Notes: generated by a model from the letters alone, not told the origin. A DNA stretch of 64,000 nt from an uncultured Gemmatimonadales bacterium (GCA_963823035.1 CAWGKG010000019.1:102164-166163), one strand, 5' to 3'. Counted from the first letter of the stretch, positions 1 through 10,182 are shown. Translations and numbers: made by a program.

Positions 1-2
1 GA

Positions 3-1184
3 AACTACGCTCCCGCGGTCGAGAACGGCCACGACCGCTTCTTCGCCACCTTCGAGCGCTTCGATCTCGCGTCCTCGGGACGGACGGGCGACATGCTGGC
101 CGACGTGGCGCAGCGGGCGGCCGCGGGCCACGTGCGTTACCTGGAGCTGATGCTCTCGGCCGGCGGCGGCGCGGTCCGGGCCCTCGGGGCGGAGGTGGGT
201 TGGGACGACGACTGGGGGCGCCTGCGCCGCAGGCTCCTCGACGCCGGCGTGCGCGAAGCGTTGGTCGACGCTCGCGCGGAGATGGATCGGGCCGAGACGC
301 GGCGCGACGAGGCTCTCGGCTGCGGGGGGCCCGGCGCCGCGCCGGGGTGCGGCGTGACCGTCCGCTACGTCGTCCAGGTGTTGCGCGCCTTTCCCCGCGA
401 GCAGGTGTTCGCGCAGATCCTGGCGGGCTTCGAGCTGGCGCGGATGGACGGTCGCTTCGTCGGGCTCAACCTCGTGCAGCCGGAGGACGATCCCGTGGCG
501 ATGGGCGACTACTCGCTGCACATGCGCATCATCGCCTTCCTGCGCGAGCTGTACCCGGAGGTGCCCGTCGCGCTGCACGCGGGTGAGCTCGTGGAGGGGC
601 TGGTCCCGCCCTCCGGCCTCCGCTTCCACATCCGCGAGGCGGTGGAGGTCGCCGGGGCACGGCGCATCGGCCATGGCGTGGACGTGCTGCAGGAGGACGA
701 GCCCGACGCCCTGTTGCGCGAGATGGCGCGGCGCCGGGTGCTGGTCGAGATCAACCTCACCAGCAACGACGTGATCCTGGGGGTGCGGGGCGCGCGTCAC
801 CCCCTGCGGACCTACCTGGACTACGGCGTGCCCGTGGCCCTGTCCACGGACGACGAGGGCGTCGCGCGCTCCGAGATGTCGCTGGAATACCGGAAGGCGG
901 TGCTCGAGCAGGGCGTGGACTACCCCACCTTGAAGGCCATGGCGCGCAACTCGCTCGAATACGCCTTCGTGGAGGGAGCGGGCCTGTGGAGCGACTACGC
1001 CGTGCTCGAGCCGGTGGACGCTTGCGCAGCCGCTCGCGGCGGACTCGATGGAGAGGCGTGCGTGGCCTATGCGCAGGCGAACGTGAAGGCTCGCCTGCAA
1101 CGTTCGCTCGAGATCGACCTGCGGGCCTTCGAGGAGCGCGTCTCGCTGGGAGCCGGCTGGCCGATCCACGACCAGGACCGCTGA
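3..1184 (+). CDS. Adenosine deaminase family protein (5' truncated by window)
   Basis: Frame is open from base 3; motifs YLELM, LHAGE, RRIGHG, EINLTSN and STDDEG are typical of the adenosine/AMP deaminase fold. Confidence 0.9.
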   Translation, partial: NYAPAVENGHDRFFATFERFDLASSGRTGDMLADVAQRAAAGHVRYLELMLSAGGGAVRALGAEVGWDDDWGRLRRRLLDAGVREALVDARAEMDRAETRRDEALGCGGPGAAPGCGVTVRYVVQVLRAFPREQVFAQILAGFELARMDGRFVGLNLVQPEDDPVAMGDYSLHMRIIAFLRELYPEVPVALHAGELVEGLVPPSGLRFHIREAVEVAGARRIGHGVDVLQEDEPDALLREMARRRVLVEINLTSNDVILGVRGARHPLRTYLDYGVPVALSTDDEGVARSEMSLEYRKAVLEQGVDYPTLKAMARNSLEYAFVEGAGLWSDYAVLEPVDACAAARGGLDGEACVAYAQANVKARLQRSLEIDLRAFEERVSLGAGWPIHDQDR

Positions 1185-1216
1185 CCCGTACGACGGGGAG
1201 AGGCGCGGGGAACAGG

Positions 1217-2566
1217 CTACGTGCTCGTGATCTCCACCAGCGCGTCCCTGAGCGCGATCACGTCCGCCTCCGAGGTGAAGAGCGCCGGGGTGACCCGTAC
1301 GCACGCGCCGCTCGCCACGCCGGTGCGGTGCACGGTGAAGATCCCGTGCTCATCGAGCAGGCGCTTCGCCAATGCGACGTTGTCCTCGGCGCTGGTGCGG
1401 CCCGTGAGGCGGAAGGAAGTGATGCCGGCGTGCATCGTCGGATCGTCGGGGGTGAGGATCTCGATGCCGGGACGTCCGCGCAGCTCCTCCGCCCACAGGC
1501 CGCGCAGCCGCCTCAGGCGCGCCTCCTTGTTGGCCACTCCCACCGCGTCGTGGAAGTCGAGCGCCGTCGGCACGGTCAGGTAGGCCGCGTAGTTCGACGT
1601 GCCCGTGTGGACGCGTGAACGGACGTCGGTCGACGCGTTGTCGCGGTCGGCCATGTAGGTGTCGATGTCACCCAGGCGTTCCCGCGCCACGTACATCACA
1701 CCGACGCCGATCGGCGCCCCGATCCACTTGTGGAAGTTGAAGCCGATGAACGGCACGCCGAGGTCGCGTACCGAGAAGGCCATTTGGCCGAAGGAGTGCG
1801 CGGCGTCCAGCACCACGTCGGCGCCGTGGGCACGCGCGAGCTCCGCCACTTCCGCCACGGGCACGACGAGCCCGGTGCGGTGGCTCAGGTGCGTGAGCAG
1901 GACGAGGCGGATGCGGGGATCGGCTTCCAGCGCCGCGGCGTAGACGTCGAGCACGCCCTGACGGGTGGCGGGCTCCGGGAGCGCGACCCGCACGATCTCG
2001 ACGCCCCGACGCTCCTCCAGCCAGTCCATCGCGTACTGCATGCTCGTGTAGTCGAGGTCGGCGTACAGGACCGCGTCACCGGGACGGAGCCGGTTGTAGC
2101 CCCCGATGAGCGCCTGCAGCGCCTCGGTCGCGCCGCGCGTGAAAGCGATCTCGTCCTCGTCCACGCCCAGCGCCCGCGCCGCCCGGCGTCGGACCTCCAT
2201 CGCGTCGTGTCCGTACTCCCTGCGTGCGTAGTAGGAGTTGCGGCGATTGACGTCGCGCGTATGCCGCTCGTAGGCCTCGAGCACGGGGCGGGGCATCATC
2301 CCCCAGTTGCCGTTCTCGAGTTGGATGATCTCGTCGGTGACCTCGTAGTGCGCGGCGACCCTGCCCCAGTACGCCTCGTCCGCGGCAAGTCGCCCCGCAT
2401 CGGTCCCCGTGGGAGGGCGGAGCGTGGAAGGGTCGAACGGCGCCGCGCTCGCACCGGCGGGCTCGCCTTCCGCTCCCGGCCGCGCACAGCCCGTGGCGGC
2501 GGCCAGCGCCGCAGCCGCTCCGGTGGTTCCGAGGAAGGCACGGCGTGACCAGCGAGTCGTCTCCAT
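1217..2566 (-). CDS. Class V PLP-dependent aminotransferase (isopenicillin N epimerase/cysteine desulfurase-like) with Tat signal
   Basis: Start METTRWSRRAFLGTTGAAAALAAATGC (twin-arginine signal); DAAHSFG and FNFHKW PLP-lysine motif. Confidence 0.85.
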   Translation of the reverse strand: METTRWSRRAFLGTTGAAAALAAATGCARPGAEGEPAGASAAPFDPSTLRPPTGTDAGRLAADEAYWGRVAAHYEVTDEIIQLENGNWGMMPRPVLEAYERHTRDVNRRNSYYARREYGHDAMEVRRRAARALGVDEDEIAFTRGATEALQALIGGYNRLRPGDAVLYADLDYTSMQYAMDWLEERRGVEIVRVALPEPATRQGVLDVYAAALEADPRIRLVLLTHLSHRTGLVVPVAEVAELARAHGADVVLDAAHSFGQMAFSVRDLGVPFIGFNFHKWIGAPIGVGVMYVARERLGDIDTYMADRDNASTDVRSRVHTGTSNYAAYLTVPTALDFHDAVGVANKEARLRRLRGLWAEELRGRPGIEILTPDDPTMHAGITSFRLTGRTSAEDNVALAKRLLDEHGIFTVHRTGVASGACVRVTPALFTSEADVIALRDALVEITST

Positions 2567-2722
2567 GAGGCTCTCCTGCGGATCGAAGGGGCGCGGGGGA
2601 GGGGGCATCGGCCCCACTATCGCGGTCGGCCCGGGGGGCGCAAGTGTGAAGGTCGCGCGGACCGGATGGGTAGTGAGGTCGCAGCGCCGTTTCCTTCCAC
2701 ACCATACCGAGTGAGGCACGCC

Positions 2723-2917
2723 ATGGGCTTTCTCTGGGACATCATCCAGCAGGGACAGATCTCGAACGTGAGCAGGGACCAGACCGACATGATGACGCGG
2801 GTGGCACGCCTCGAGGACGAGGTGGTGCGCACGAACAGGGCGCTCATCCAGCTGATCGAGGCGCTGGAGAAGCGTTTCGGGGAGGACCTGGACGGCGACG
2901 GGCGGGTGGGGCGGTAG
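2723..2917 (+). CDS. Small hypothetical protein (coiled coil plus DxDGDG motif)
   Basis: 64-aa ORF MGFLWDIIQQ...EDLDGDGRVGR, GAGG RBS upstream, coding-like codon use. Confidence 0.7.
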   Translation: MGFLWDIIQQGQISNVSRDQTDMMTRVARLEDEVVRTNRALIQLIEALEKRFGEDLDGDGRVGR

Positions 2918-2920
2918 GAC

Positions 2921-3379
2921 TCAGCCCCCCTCGGGCCTCGGCTTCAGCTCCACCTTGATGTCGATCACCGGCGTGCCGTCGATGGCCTCCAGAGGCTCGA
3001 CGTGCAGGCGGCACCCGTCCACCTCCAACACGGTCACCGGGTGGATCCCGATCGGGTTGGGGCGAACGGGCGCGCGCGTGGCGAACACGCCGGTAAGGGG
3101 CCTCTGGTGATCCCGGCCGGGGTACACCTGGAGGATCGAGCGATCGGAGAGGTGTAGCCACGTGAGCAGCACCAGCTCCATCCCTGCCTCGACGCGCACC
3201 AAAGCGTCGCGGTAGCGCTCGTCGATCTCGATCCAGGCGTCGGGCGCGCCGGCCCACCCCTGGCGCGGCGCATCCTCCCTGCGCGTCAGCGAGGAGCGGA
3301 CGACGCCTACGGGGTGGAGCTCGAACGCTGCCGAACGGACCCTCGCGTCGTTCGTCGGTGCGTGCGTCTCGTCGTGCAT
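2921..3379 (-). CDS. trmO: tRNA m6t6A37 methyltransferase TrmO/TsaA family
   Basis: Motifs HPVGVVRS, APRQG, GVFATRAPVRPNPIG and DGTPVIDIK. Confidence 0.88.
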   Translation of the reverse strand: MHDETHAPTNDARVRSAAFELHPVGVVRSSLTRREDAPRQGWAGAPDAWIEIDERYRDALVRVEAGMELVLLTWLHLSDRSILQVYPGRDHQRPLTGVFATRAPVRPNPIGIHPVTVLEVDGCRLHVEPLEAIDGTPVIDIKVELKPRPEGG

Positions 3380-3558
3380 CGGGCTCCTCGCCGCCGATTC
3401 CTCACCGTTCGCTCACATCGGCTTCAATCTCTTCGATTGCGGTGGTCCCCGAAACCGGTCGCGAGCCGAGGCGAGGTCGCCCTCGTGGCGCTTCACGCGC
3501 GGGTGCGTTAGGAGTTCCCCTCGTCGACACCCCTGCCACGACCAGGAGAAGTCCGAGC

Positions 3559-4823
3559 ATGCACATCCGCGCCGTCGCGCTCTCGCTTCTCCTCGTGGCC
3601 GCGGCCGCACCCGCCGCACCCGCCCAGGAGGCCCCTCGCATCGCCCTCCGCTTCGGCGCGCTCGTCGACGGGACGGGCGCGTCCACCCCCGACGCCGTCG
3701 TGGTCGTGCAGGCCGACACGATCGTCTCGGTCGGGTCGGGCGACGCCGCGGTCCCCGGCGGCGCCTGGGTCGTGGATCTGCGGCCCCTCACGGCGATCCC
3801 GGGGATGATCGACGCGCACACGCACATGACGTACTACCGCGATCCCGAGCGGAACCCGCGCGGGCCCAACCCTCGCTCCCCGGACTCCGTCGTCGTGGCC
3901 GCCGCCGCGAACGCGCGCGCCACCCTCGAGACCGGGGTGACCACTGTGCGCGACCTGAACGGAAGCAACGGCACGGACCTCGCGCTGCGTGACGCGATCG
4001 ACAGGGGCTTCATCGTCGGGCCGCGCATGTTCGTCTCGGGGCGCGGTCTGTCGAAACGGCCGGGCGACACCACCCGGATCGACTTCGACGCGGAGATCCG
4101 CGCACGAGTCGCCCAGGGGGTCGACTGGATCAAGATGTTCGGCTCGACGGGCAGCTTTCAGAACGTCACCGGCGATCAGACGTTCTCCGACGAGGAGATG
4201 GTCGAGGCGGTGCGGATCGCGCACGGCTACGGCAAGCCCATCGCCATCCACACGTACGGAGCCGCCGGCGCGAAGGCGGCCCTGGCTGGCCGGCGCCCGA
4301 GTCGATCGAGCACCCGGCCGGCGTGGACGACGCGACGCTCGCGGAGTGGGCGCGGCGAGGGATCTTCTACGTGCCGACCATCGACCACAACCGCTTCTAC
4401 GCGGAGAACGCGCCGCTCTTCGGCTACTCCGAGCGTGAGGTGATGCAGCTCGACTCCTTCCGCGCGCTCAACCTCGAGACGGCCCGCCGCGCCCACCGCG
4501 CGGGCGTGCGCTTCGCGATGGGATCGGACGCGGTCTACTGGATGTTCGGGCAGAACACCCGGGAACTGGGCTGGCTCGTGCAGGCCGGGATGACGCCGGC
4601 CGAGGCGCTGGCGGCGGCCACGGTGAACGGCGCCGAGCTGCTCGGGATGGCGGACAAGCTCGGGCGCGTGGCGCCGGGCTACTACGCCGACATCGTCGCG
4701 GTCGAAGGCGATCCGCTGCGCGACGTCGCCGTCGTGATCGACGGGGTCCGCTGGGTGATGAAGGGAGGCGTGGTGGTGGTGGACCGGCGAGGCGAGGGCG
4801 AAAGGGATCGGCGAGAGCCGTAG
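3559..4823 (+). CDS. Secreted metal-dependent amidohydrolase (frameshifted near 4285-4298)
   Basis: Signal peptide after AGGAG RBS; PGMIDAHTH, GVTTVRD, WIK, AIH, SIEH, GSDA and ADIVAVEGDPL spread over two frames. Confidence 0.85.
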
Positions 4824-4824
4824 C

Positions 4825-5196
4825 TCAGGCCAGCAGCAGCTTCACGCCGTAGCGACGCAGGGCGCGGTCCCGCGTGACCAGCGTCAGGCCTTCGGCGACA
4901 GCCTGGGCCACGAGCATGCGGTCGAAGGGGTCGCGGTGATGCAGGGGAAGGGACCCGAGCACCTCCGCGTGGGACAGCCGAAGCGGCAATTCCTCGAAGC
5001 CGGACTCGGCCACCGCCGCGGCCACCTCGCGCGTGGTCTCGATCTTCCCCAGAGACGCTTTGACGGCGATCTCCCACCCCGTCACGGCGCTCACATAGAC
5101 CTGGTCGGCCTCTCGGATGGCGCTGGCGGCTCGTTTCGACATGGCTTCGCCCCCGTCCCACCAGATGAGGACGTGGGTATCGAGAAGCAGCCTCAC
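4825..5196 (-). CDS. vapC: PIN-domain (VapC) toxin
   Basis: LLDTHVLIW, SAVTGWEI, HHRDPFDRMLVAQA and LVTRD motifs; overlaps the antitoxin stop codon. Confidence 0.92.
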   Translation of the reverse strand: MRLLLDTHVLIWWDGGEAMSKRAASAIREADQVYVSAVTGWEIAVKASLGKIETTREVAAAVAESGFEELPLRLSHAEVLGSLPLHHRDPFDRMLVAQAVAEGLTLVTRDRALRRYGVKLLLA

Positions 5197-5471
5197 GCCT
5201 CCCCACCCTCGAAGAGCGTGATGAGGCCGTCGGGTAGGGGCTCGTCGAAGTCGTCACGCACCTTCCATCGCCCGCGACCCCTCCCAGGCTCCCTGAGGGG
5301 ATGCACCTCACCCAGGGGGACGAGCCGCGCCTTCGGCTTCCCGGACTTGGCGATGACGATTTCCTCGCCGTCGGCGGCGCGGTCTACGAGAGAGGAAAGG
5401 TGGGTCTTTGCCTCGTAGAGGCTGACCGTCTCCCGAACGACGAGGGATGGGCGCTTCTTCTTCTCGTCCAT
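5193..5471 (-). CDS. Phd/YefM family antitoxin
   Basis: VSLYEAKTHLSSLVDRAADGEEIVIAKSGKPKARLVP signature directly upstream of the PIN toxin. Confidence 0.92.
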   Translation of the reverse strand: MDEKKKRPSLVVRETVSLYEAKTHLSSLVDRAADGEEIVIAKSGKPKARLVPLGEVHPLREPGRGRGRWKVRDDFDEPLPDGLITLFEGGEA

Positions 5472-5477
5472 GGAGTC

Positions 5478-5506
5478 AACCTGCCATCCATGACCAATCT
5501 GGTCAA
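5478..5506 (-). promoter_or_regulatory. Putative TA promoter with operator palindrome
   Basis: Minus strand TTGACC-17 bp-CAGGTT lies 6 nt before the ATG; palindrome TGACCA-ATC-TGGTCA (5491-5505) overlaps the -35. Confidence 0.6.
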
Positions 5507-5529
5507 GCGCCGATCGAGGGCCTTCCCCT

Positions 5530-7623
5530 CTATACGACCGCCAGCTTTCTCCGCGCCGCCGGCTCGATGCGCTTCCCCGGCACCCACTGCGTCACGTAGC
5601 CGGCCACCGCCGACGCGGCGACCGAGTAGGGTGACGCCAGGTAGAGGTTCCCCGGGCCCGACCGACCGGGGAAGTTCCGGTTCTGGCTCGAGATCGACAC
5701 CTCGTCGGGCGATGCCGTCACGCCGGGGCCCGCGTTGATGCACGCCCCGCACCCCGGCTCGATGAACTCCGCGCCCATGCGCTCGAAGAGGTCGAGGTGG
5801 CCCTGCGCGCGGCAGTACTCGCGCACCTCGATCGAGCCGCACTGGATGTAGCAGCGCACGTCGCCGTGGACCCGTAGCCCCTGGGCGTCCGCCTCGGCGA
5901 ACACGCGGGCGTACATGTCCATGTCCTCCTTCTTGCCGGCCGTGCACGAGCCCGCGTACGCGATGTCGATGCGCACACGATCCGCCTCGAGCTCGTCGAT
6001 GAAGACACCGTTGCCCGGGTCGTTCGGGAGCGCGGCCATGGGGCGGATCTTCGAGGCGTCGATCTCGATCACCTTCACGTACTCCGCGTCGGGATCGGAC
6101 TGCATGTCCCGCACGAGCTCCTCGGCGCGCGCGCGCTCCATCCCACGCTCGTTCACCAGGAACGCCACGGCCTTCTCGTCCGCGGCGATGATGCCCGTGA
6201 ACGCGCCCACTTCGGCGGCCATGTTGGTCATGGTCGCGCGCTCGTCCACCCCGAGCGCCTCCACGGCCGGCCCCGCGTACTCGATGATCTGTCCGATCGC
6301 GTGACCGTCGCGGATGTAGGGGTGCCGGAGGATCTCCAGCATGTAGTCCTTCGCCGTGACGTTGGGCGCGGGCGTGCCGCTCACCACCACCTTGAACGAC
6401 TTCGGGACGCGCACGCGCACGTCCTTCGTGATCCACGAGTTGAAGATCGCCGTGGTGCCGACGCCGAAGGCCACCGCGCCGATCGCCCCGGCGTGCGGGG
6501 TGTGCGAGTCGGACCCGATCACGAGCATCCCGGGCTCGGCGTACTCCTCGAGGATCTTCGAGTGGCAGATCGCCTCGGAGCCCTGGAGATGGCCCATCTG
6601 CTCGCCGTAGAGGCGGATGCCCTGTCGCTCCGCGAACTGGCGCTGCTTCACCTCGAGCTGATTGGCGACGTCGAGCAGGCCCTCCTCGATGCGCTCCTGC
6701 GTCATCGCCTTGGCGAGGAAGGTCAGATGGTCGCGGAAGAAGAGGACGGAGTCCGTGTCCACGACCCGTCCGTCCCTGCCGACCTTCTCCTCGAAGAAGA
6801 TCGCCGACATGGGCGTGACATACTCGTGGCTGAAGCGGATGTCCGTGCGGAAGAAGCCGGCCTCGCCCGGCTCGACCCACGGCACGCCCACCTCGTTGTC
6901 CGCCGCGCTCACCACCAGGTGGCGGGCGAAGATCTTCTCGGCGACGGTCATCGCCCGGCGGGCCGCGGCGCCCCCGCCGAGGCTCGTGGGGACGGGGAGC
7001 GTCACCTTCCCCTGCAGGCGTGCCACGTTGAACTCGAAGAGCCCACCGTGCTCGATGATCTGGCGGGTGATCTCGTCCTCGCCGTCCGTGAAGACGGAGA
7101 GGGGGATGTCCTCGCCGGCGCGGATCCGGTCGAGCACGGCGAAGTCCGTGGTCGTGAGCACGCCGAGGTTCTGGCAATTCTCGTTGTAGATGCGCTCGAT
7201 GCTCTCGGCGACCACCACCTGGACGCCTGCCATCAGCTCCGCATACGGGCTCTGCTCCCGGCTGCTCCCCTTGCCGCGACGCTTCCCGGCCACCGAGCAG
7301 ACGAAGCCGCCGTCCTTCACGGAGGAGCGGGTGACCGGATACTCCGTCTCGCCCGTCGCGCGGTTCGTGGTGCGCAGCCCGAGGTAGGGGAAGTCGCCCA
7401 GGGTCTCGTCGTAGAAGTAGCAAATGTACGCGGGGGTGATCTCGTCCGTGGAGATCTGGTCCCTGAGCCGCTCCTTCAGCTCCTCCGTGAGCGGGACGTC
7501 GCGACCCTCTTCGAGTTGGGCGCGCACGAGCTCCGCGTCGTCGAGGAGGAGGAGGATGCGGCCGTCGAACTTCAACGTCGTCGGCCGCTTCTCGATCGTG
7601 CGATCCAGCAGGTCCTTGATCAT
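5530..7623 (-). CDS. Aconitase/isopropylmalate isomerase family protein; small (swivel) subunit fused N-terminal to large subunit
   Basis: N-terminal DQISTDEITP and GKGSSREQ (LeuD-like), then MTVAEKIFARH, DSHT, GSCT, PGCGACI, NRNFPGRSG and YLASP (LeuC-like). ATG overlaps the upstream stop. Confidence 0.88.
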   Translation of the reverse strand: MIKDLLDRTIEKRPTTLKFDGRILLLLDDAELVRAQLEEGRDVPLTEELKERLRDQISTDEITPAYICYFYDETLGDFPYLGLRTTNRATGETEYPVTRSSVKDGGFVCSVAGKRRGKGSSREQSPYAELMAGVQVVVAESIERIYNENCQNLGVLTTTDFAVLDRIRAGEDIPLSVFTDGEDEITRQIIEHGGLFEFNVARLQGKVTLPVPTSLGGGAAARRAMTVAEKIFARHLVVSAADNEVGVPWVEPGEAGFFRTDIRFSHEYVTPMSAIFFEEKVGRDGRVVDTDSVLFFRDHLTFLAKAMTQERIEEGLLDVANQLEVKQRQFAERQGIRLYGEQMGHLQGSEAICHSKILEEYAEPGMLVIGSDSHTPHAGAIGAVAFGVGTTAIFNSWITKDVRVRVPKSFKVVVSGTPAPNVTAKDYMLEILRHPYIRDGHAIGQIIEYAGPAVEALGVDERATMTNMAAEVGAFTGIIAADEKAVAFLVNERGMERARAEELVRDMQSDPDAEYVKVIEIDASKIRPMAALPNDPGNGVFIDELEADRVRIDIAYAGSCTAGKKEDMDMYARVFAEADAQGLRVHGDVRCYIQCGSIEVREYCRAQGHLDLFERMGAEFIEPGCGACINAGPGVTASPDEVSISSQNRNFPGRSGPGNLYLASPYSVAASAVAGYVTQWVPGKRIEPAARRKLAVV

Positions 7624-8804
7624 CGGTGCTCGCGTTCGGTGTCGATGTCGGCGCCGGCTTCCGTCAGCGCGGCTCGGAGGAGCGTGGGCTCGTCGAGCCC
7701 GAGACCCAGCGTCCGGACGGTCCGGCGAAGGCCGTAGATACCCTGGGCCGGAATGGGTCGGTCCAACTCGAGAACCTGCAACGTCGCGCCCGGAAGCGCC
7801 AAGCGCAGGTCCAACGCCCGCTTCGTCGCACGCTCCTCGGCGGTCGGCGCGCGCAGGGCCGTGACCGCTTCGAGCGGCACGTCCACGCGCCAGCGCAGCC
7901 CGAATCGGATACGAATCCGGCGAGCCTCGACCGTGATCGGACGGAGCCGGCATGCACGCCAGTCGCCGTAGACCCACAGCGCTCCGTAGATGCCCAGACC
8001 CGTGAGGATCCAGGCGACCCGGTGGCTCCAGAGGCTCACCAGGAGGTGGACGGCCGCGACCTCCACCGCGGTGGCCATGAGCAGCGCGAAGACGATCGCG
8101 CCGTAGGCGGTCTTCCTGTGGTAGGTGAAGCCGGGCGCGGCCGCCTCGGCGCGGGGCGAGCGGGCACCCAGCGCGTAGTAGAGCACCGACATCTCGTACG
8201 CCAGGACCTCGGCGAAGCGGCCGGGCCCGAGCGCCTCGGCGGTCGCGTGCTGCAGCGCGGCCTGGGCGTCCCACGAGCCGGTTTCCGTCGGGTCGGCGCG
8301 GAACGTACGGCGGCCGACGCGGACCTTGCCGACCAGGAAGGCGAAGGTGAGCAGCTCGAGCGGCGCGGCCGCGAGGTGGGCGATGCGCAGAGCGCCGCGG
8401 TGCCCGGCCGGGAGGGCCGCGCCGGCCAGCGCGAGCGACGCGAAGTAGAGCGGCACGAGCGCCCAGTACGACCACTCGAAGTCGCGGCCGAGCATCCACC
8501 AGGCGATCAGGGAGGCGCCGACGGTGAGATCGATCGTCGCGGCCACGTCCACCAGCCCGCCGTCCCCGGTCGATGCCGCCAGAGAGGCCGCCTGCCGGTC
8601 GACGAGGGCGATCGCCACGAGCACGAGGCCGCAGAGGGCGATCGTCACGCCGCGCGGCAGGGGCACGAGGGCTCTGGATCCGAGCTTCTTCAAGGGCAGC
8701 TTCCGGACCGGAGGTACGGTGGGGGTGCCGGCGCACGGTGGGCCGGCACCCTCAAAGCTGCGACGCGCGACCCACTGGGCAACCCCGGGCCGCGGTTGCA
8801 TCAT
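7620..8804 (-). CDS. Hypothetical multi-pass membrane protein (true start probably downstream of 8804)
   Basis: Several hydrophobic helices and a soluble C-terminal region; ATGA overlap with the aconitase-family gene. Confidence 0.7.
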   Translation of the reverse strand: MMQPRPGVAQWVARRSFEGAGPPCAGTPTVPPVRKLPLKKLGSRALVPLPRGVTIALCGLVLVAIALVDRQAASLAASTGDGGLVDVAATIDLTVGASLIAWWMLGRDFEWSYWALVPLYFASLALAGAALPAGHRGALRIAHLAAAPLELLTFAFLVGKVRVGRRTFRADPTETGSWDAQAALQHATAEALGPGRFAEVLAYEMSVLYYALGARSPRAEAAAPGFTYHRKTAYGAIVFALLMATAVEVAAVHLLVSLWSHRVAWILTGLGIYGALWVYGDWRACRLRPITVEARRIRIRFGLRWRVDVPLEAVTALRAPTAEERATKRALDLRLALPGATLQVLELDRPIPAQGIYGLRRTVRTLGLGLDEPTLLRAALTEAGADIDTEREHR

Positions 8805-8870
8805 CTACACCTGTCGGAGAGGGCGGGTGGACGCCCGCCGTGAAGCGGCTACGGGAAGCGAGGTGACGAC

Positions 8871-10155
8871 GTGGGATTCCATCGGGTTGGTGGCTTCGGG
8901 CAGTTGCTGGCCTCGTTCGCGCTCGCTGGATCGCTCGCCGCGCAGCAGGTCGTGGATCTCCCCGGTCAGGATCGCGTGCTGTCGGCCCAGCTCGAGGACG
9001 TGTACCAGGTCGGCTCGATGGACGGCGAGGCCTGGGAGACGTTCGGGGACATCGCGTCGGTCGGCTTCGACGCCGAAGGGAGGCTCTACGTCTTCGACCG
9101 GCAGAGCTCGCACGTGGTCGTGGTCGACCCCTCCGGGAAGTTCGTGCGCGAGATCGGCAAGGCGGGAGAGGGGCCGGAGGAGCTCCGCCAGCCCGGCGCC
9201 TTCACGGTCCTGAGGGACGGCACGGTGGTGTTCGCCGACATGGGCCACCGCGCCTACTCCCTCTTCGGGCCGGACGGGAGCTTCCAGCGGCTGGTGCCCT
9301 TCGGCGGAGACGGAGACGTGATCCGCATCGGCGACATCGCCGCCGACCCGCGGGGCGGGGCGGTCTTGAGCGGGGGCGCGACGATGATCTCGATGACACG
9401 CGTCGCCGAGAGCGGCAAGGTGGAGATGCCGGAGGGGCGGCCGATCGAGCGCATCGGCCTCACCGGCGAGCGCGAGGTCGTCGACACGCTGGCCGAGGGG
9501 TGGTTCCCTCCCCGGGGCGACGAGACGCCGCAGAACATGAACGGCGGCGGGATGAGCTTGCGCATCGCCATTCCGGCGCCGCGGGCGTTCGAGCCTCCGC
9601 TGGCCTTCGGTCCGCTTCCCGACGGCGGGGTGGCCTATTCGGACAGCAGCGCCTACGAGGTCAAGATCGTGGACGCGAACGGCGCCCTCCGGCGCGTTCT
9701 GCGCAGGCCGATCGCGCCGACGCCCGTCACGAAGAGGATGCAGGACGCGGAGAGGAAGCGGCGCCTCGACGAGCTCGAGGTCGGGGAGGGGCCGCGCATG
9801 ATGATGACGACGCGAGGAGGGCGGCACGGCCCGGCCGATCGCGGGCGACGCGATCAAGGAGATGATGAAGGGGCGGATCGAAGCCATGACGTTCTACCCC
9901 GAGCTGCCCGTGCTCCTGGACCTGGCGACCGGGTGGAGCGGGAAGGTCTGGGCCGAACGGCGGAGCGACCGGCCCACGGAGCCGGGACCCATCGACGTGC
10001 TCACGCCCACCGGGGACTACGTGGGCACCCTCGAGGAGGGGGCAGTGGCGCTCCCGTCGGCCTTCGGCCCGGGCGGGTTGGTGGCGTTCGTGGAGACGGA
10101 CGAGATGGACGTCCCCGTCGTGGTCGTGAAGCGGCTGCCCGCCATCCTGCGCTAG
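8871..10155 (+). CDS. Exported six-bladed beta-propeller (NHL-like) protein (frameshifted near 9820-9845)
   Basis: Signal peptide; repeats such as [32 protein letters not shown] and [10 protein letters not shown]. Confidence 0.78.
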
Positions 10156-10182
10156 GACACCAGCAGCCCGTGGTGGAACGAC

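Noticed and set aside
5530..8736. 1068-aa version of the aconitase-family protein
   Set aside because: The first 371 aa are an Arg/Pro-rich shadow frame of the membrane protein gene; the real start is 7623.
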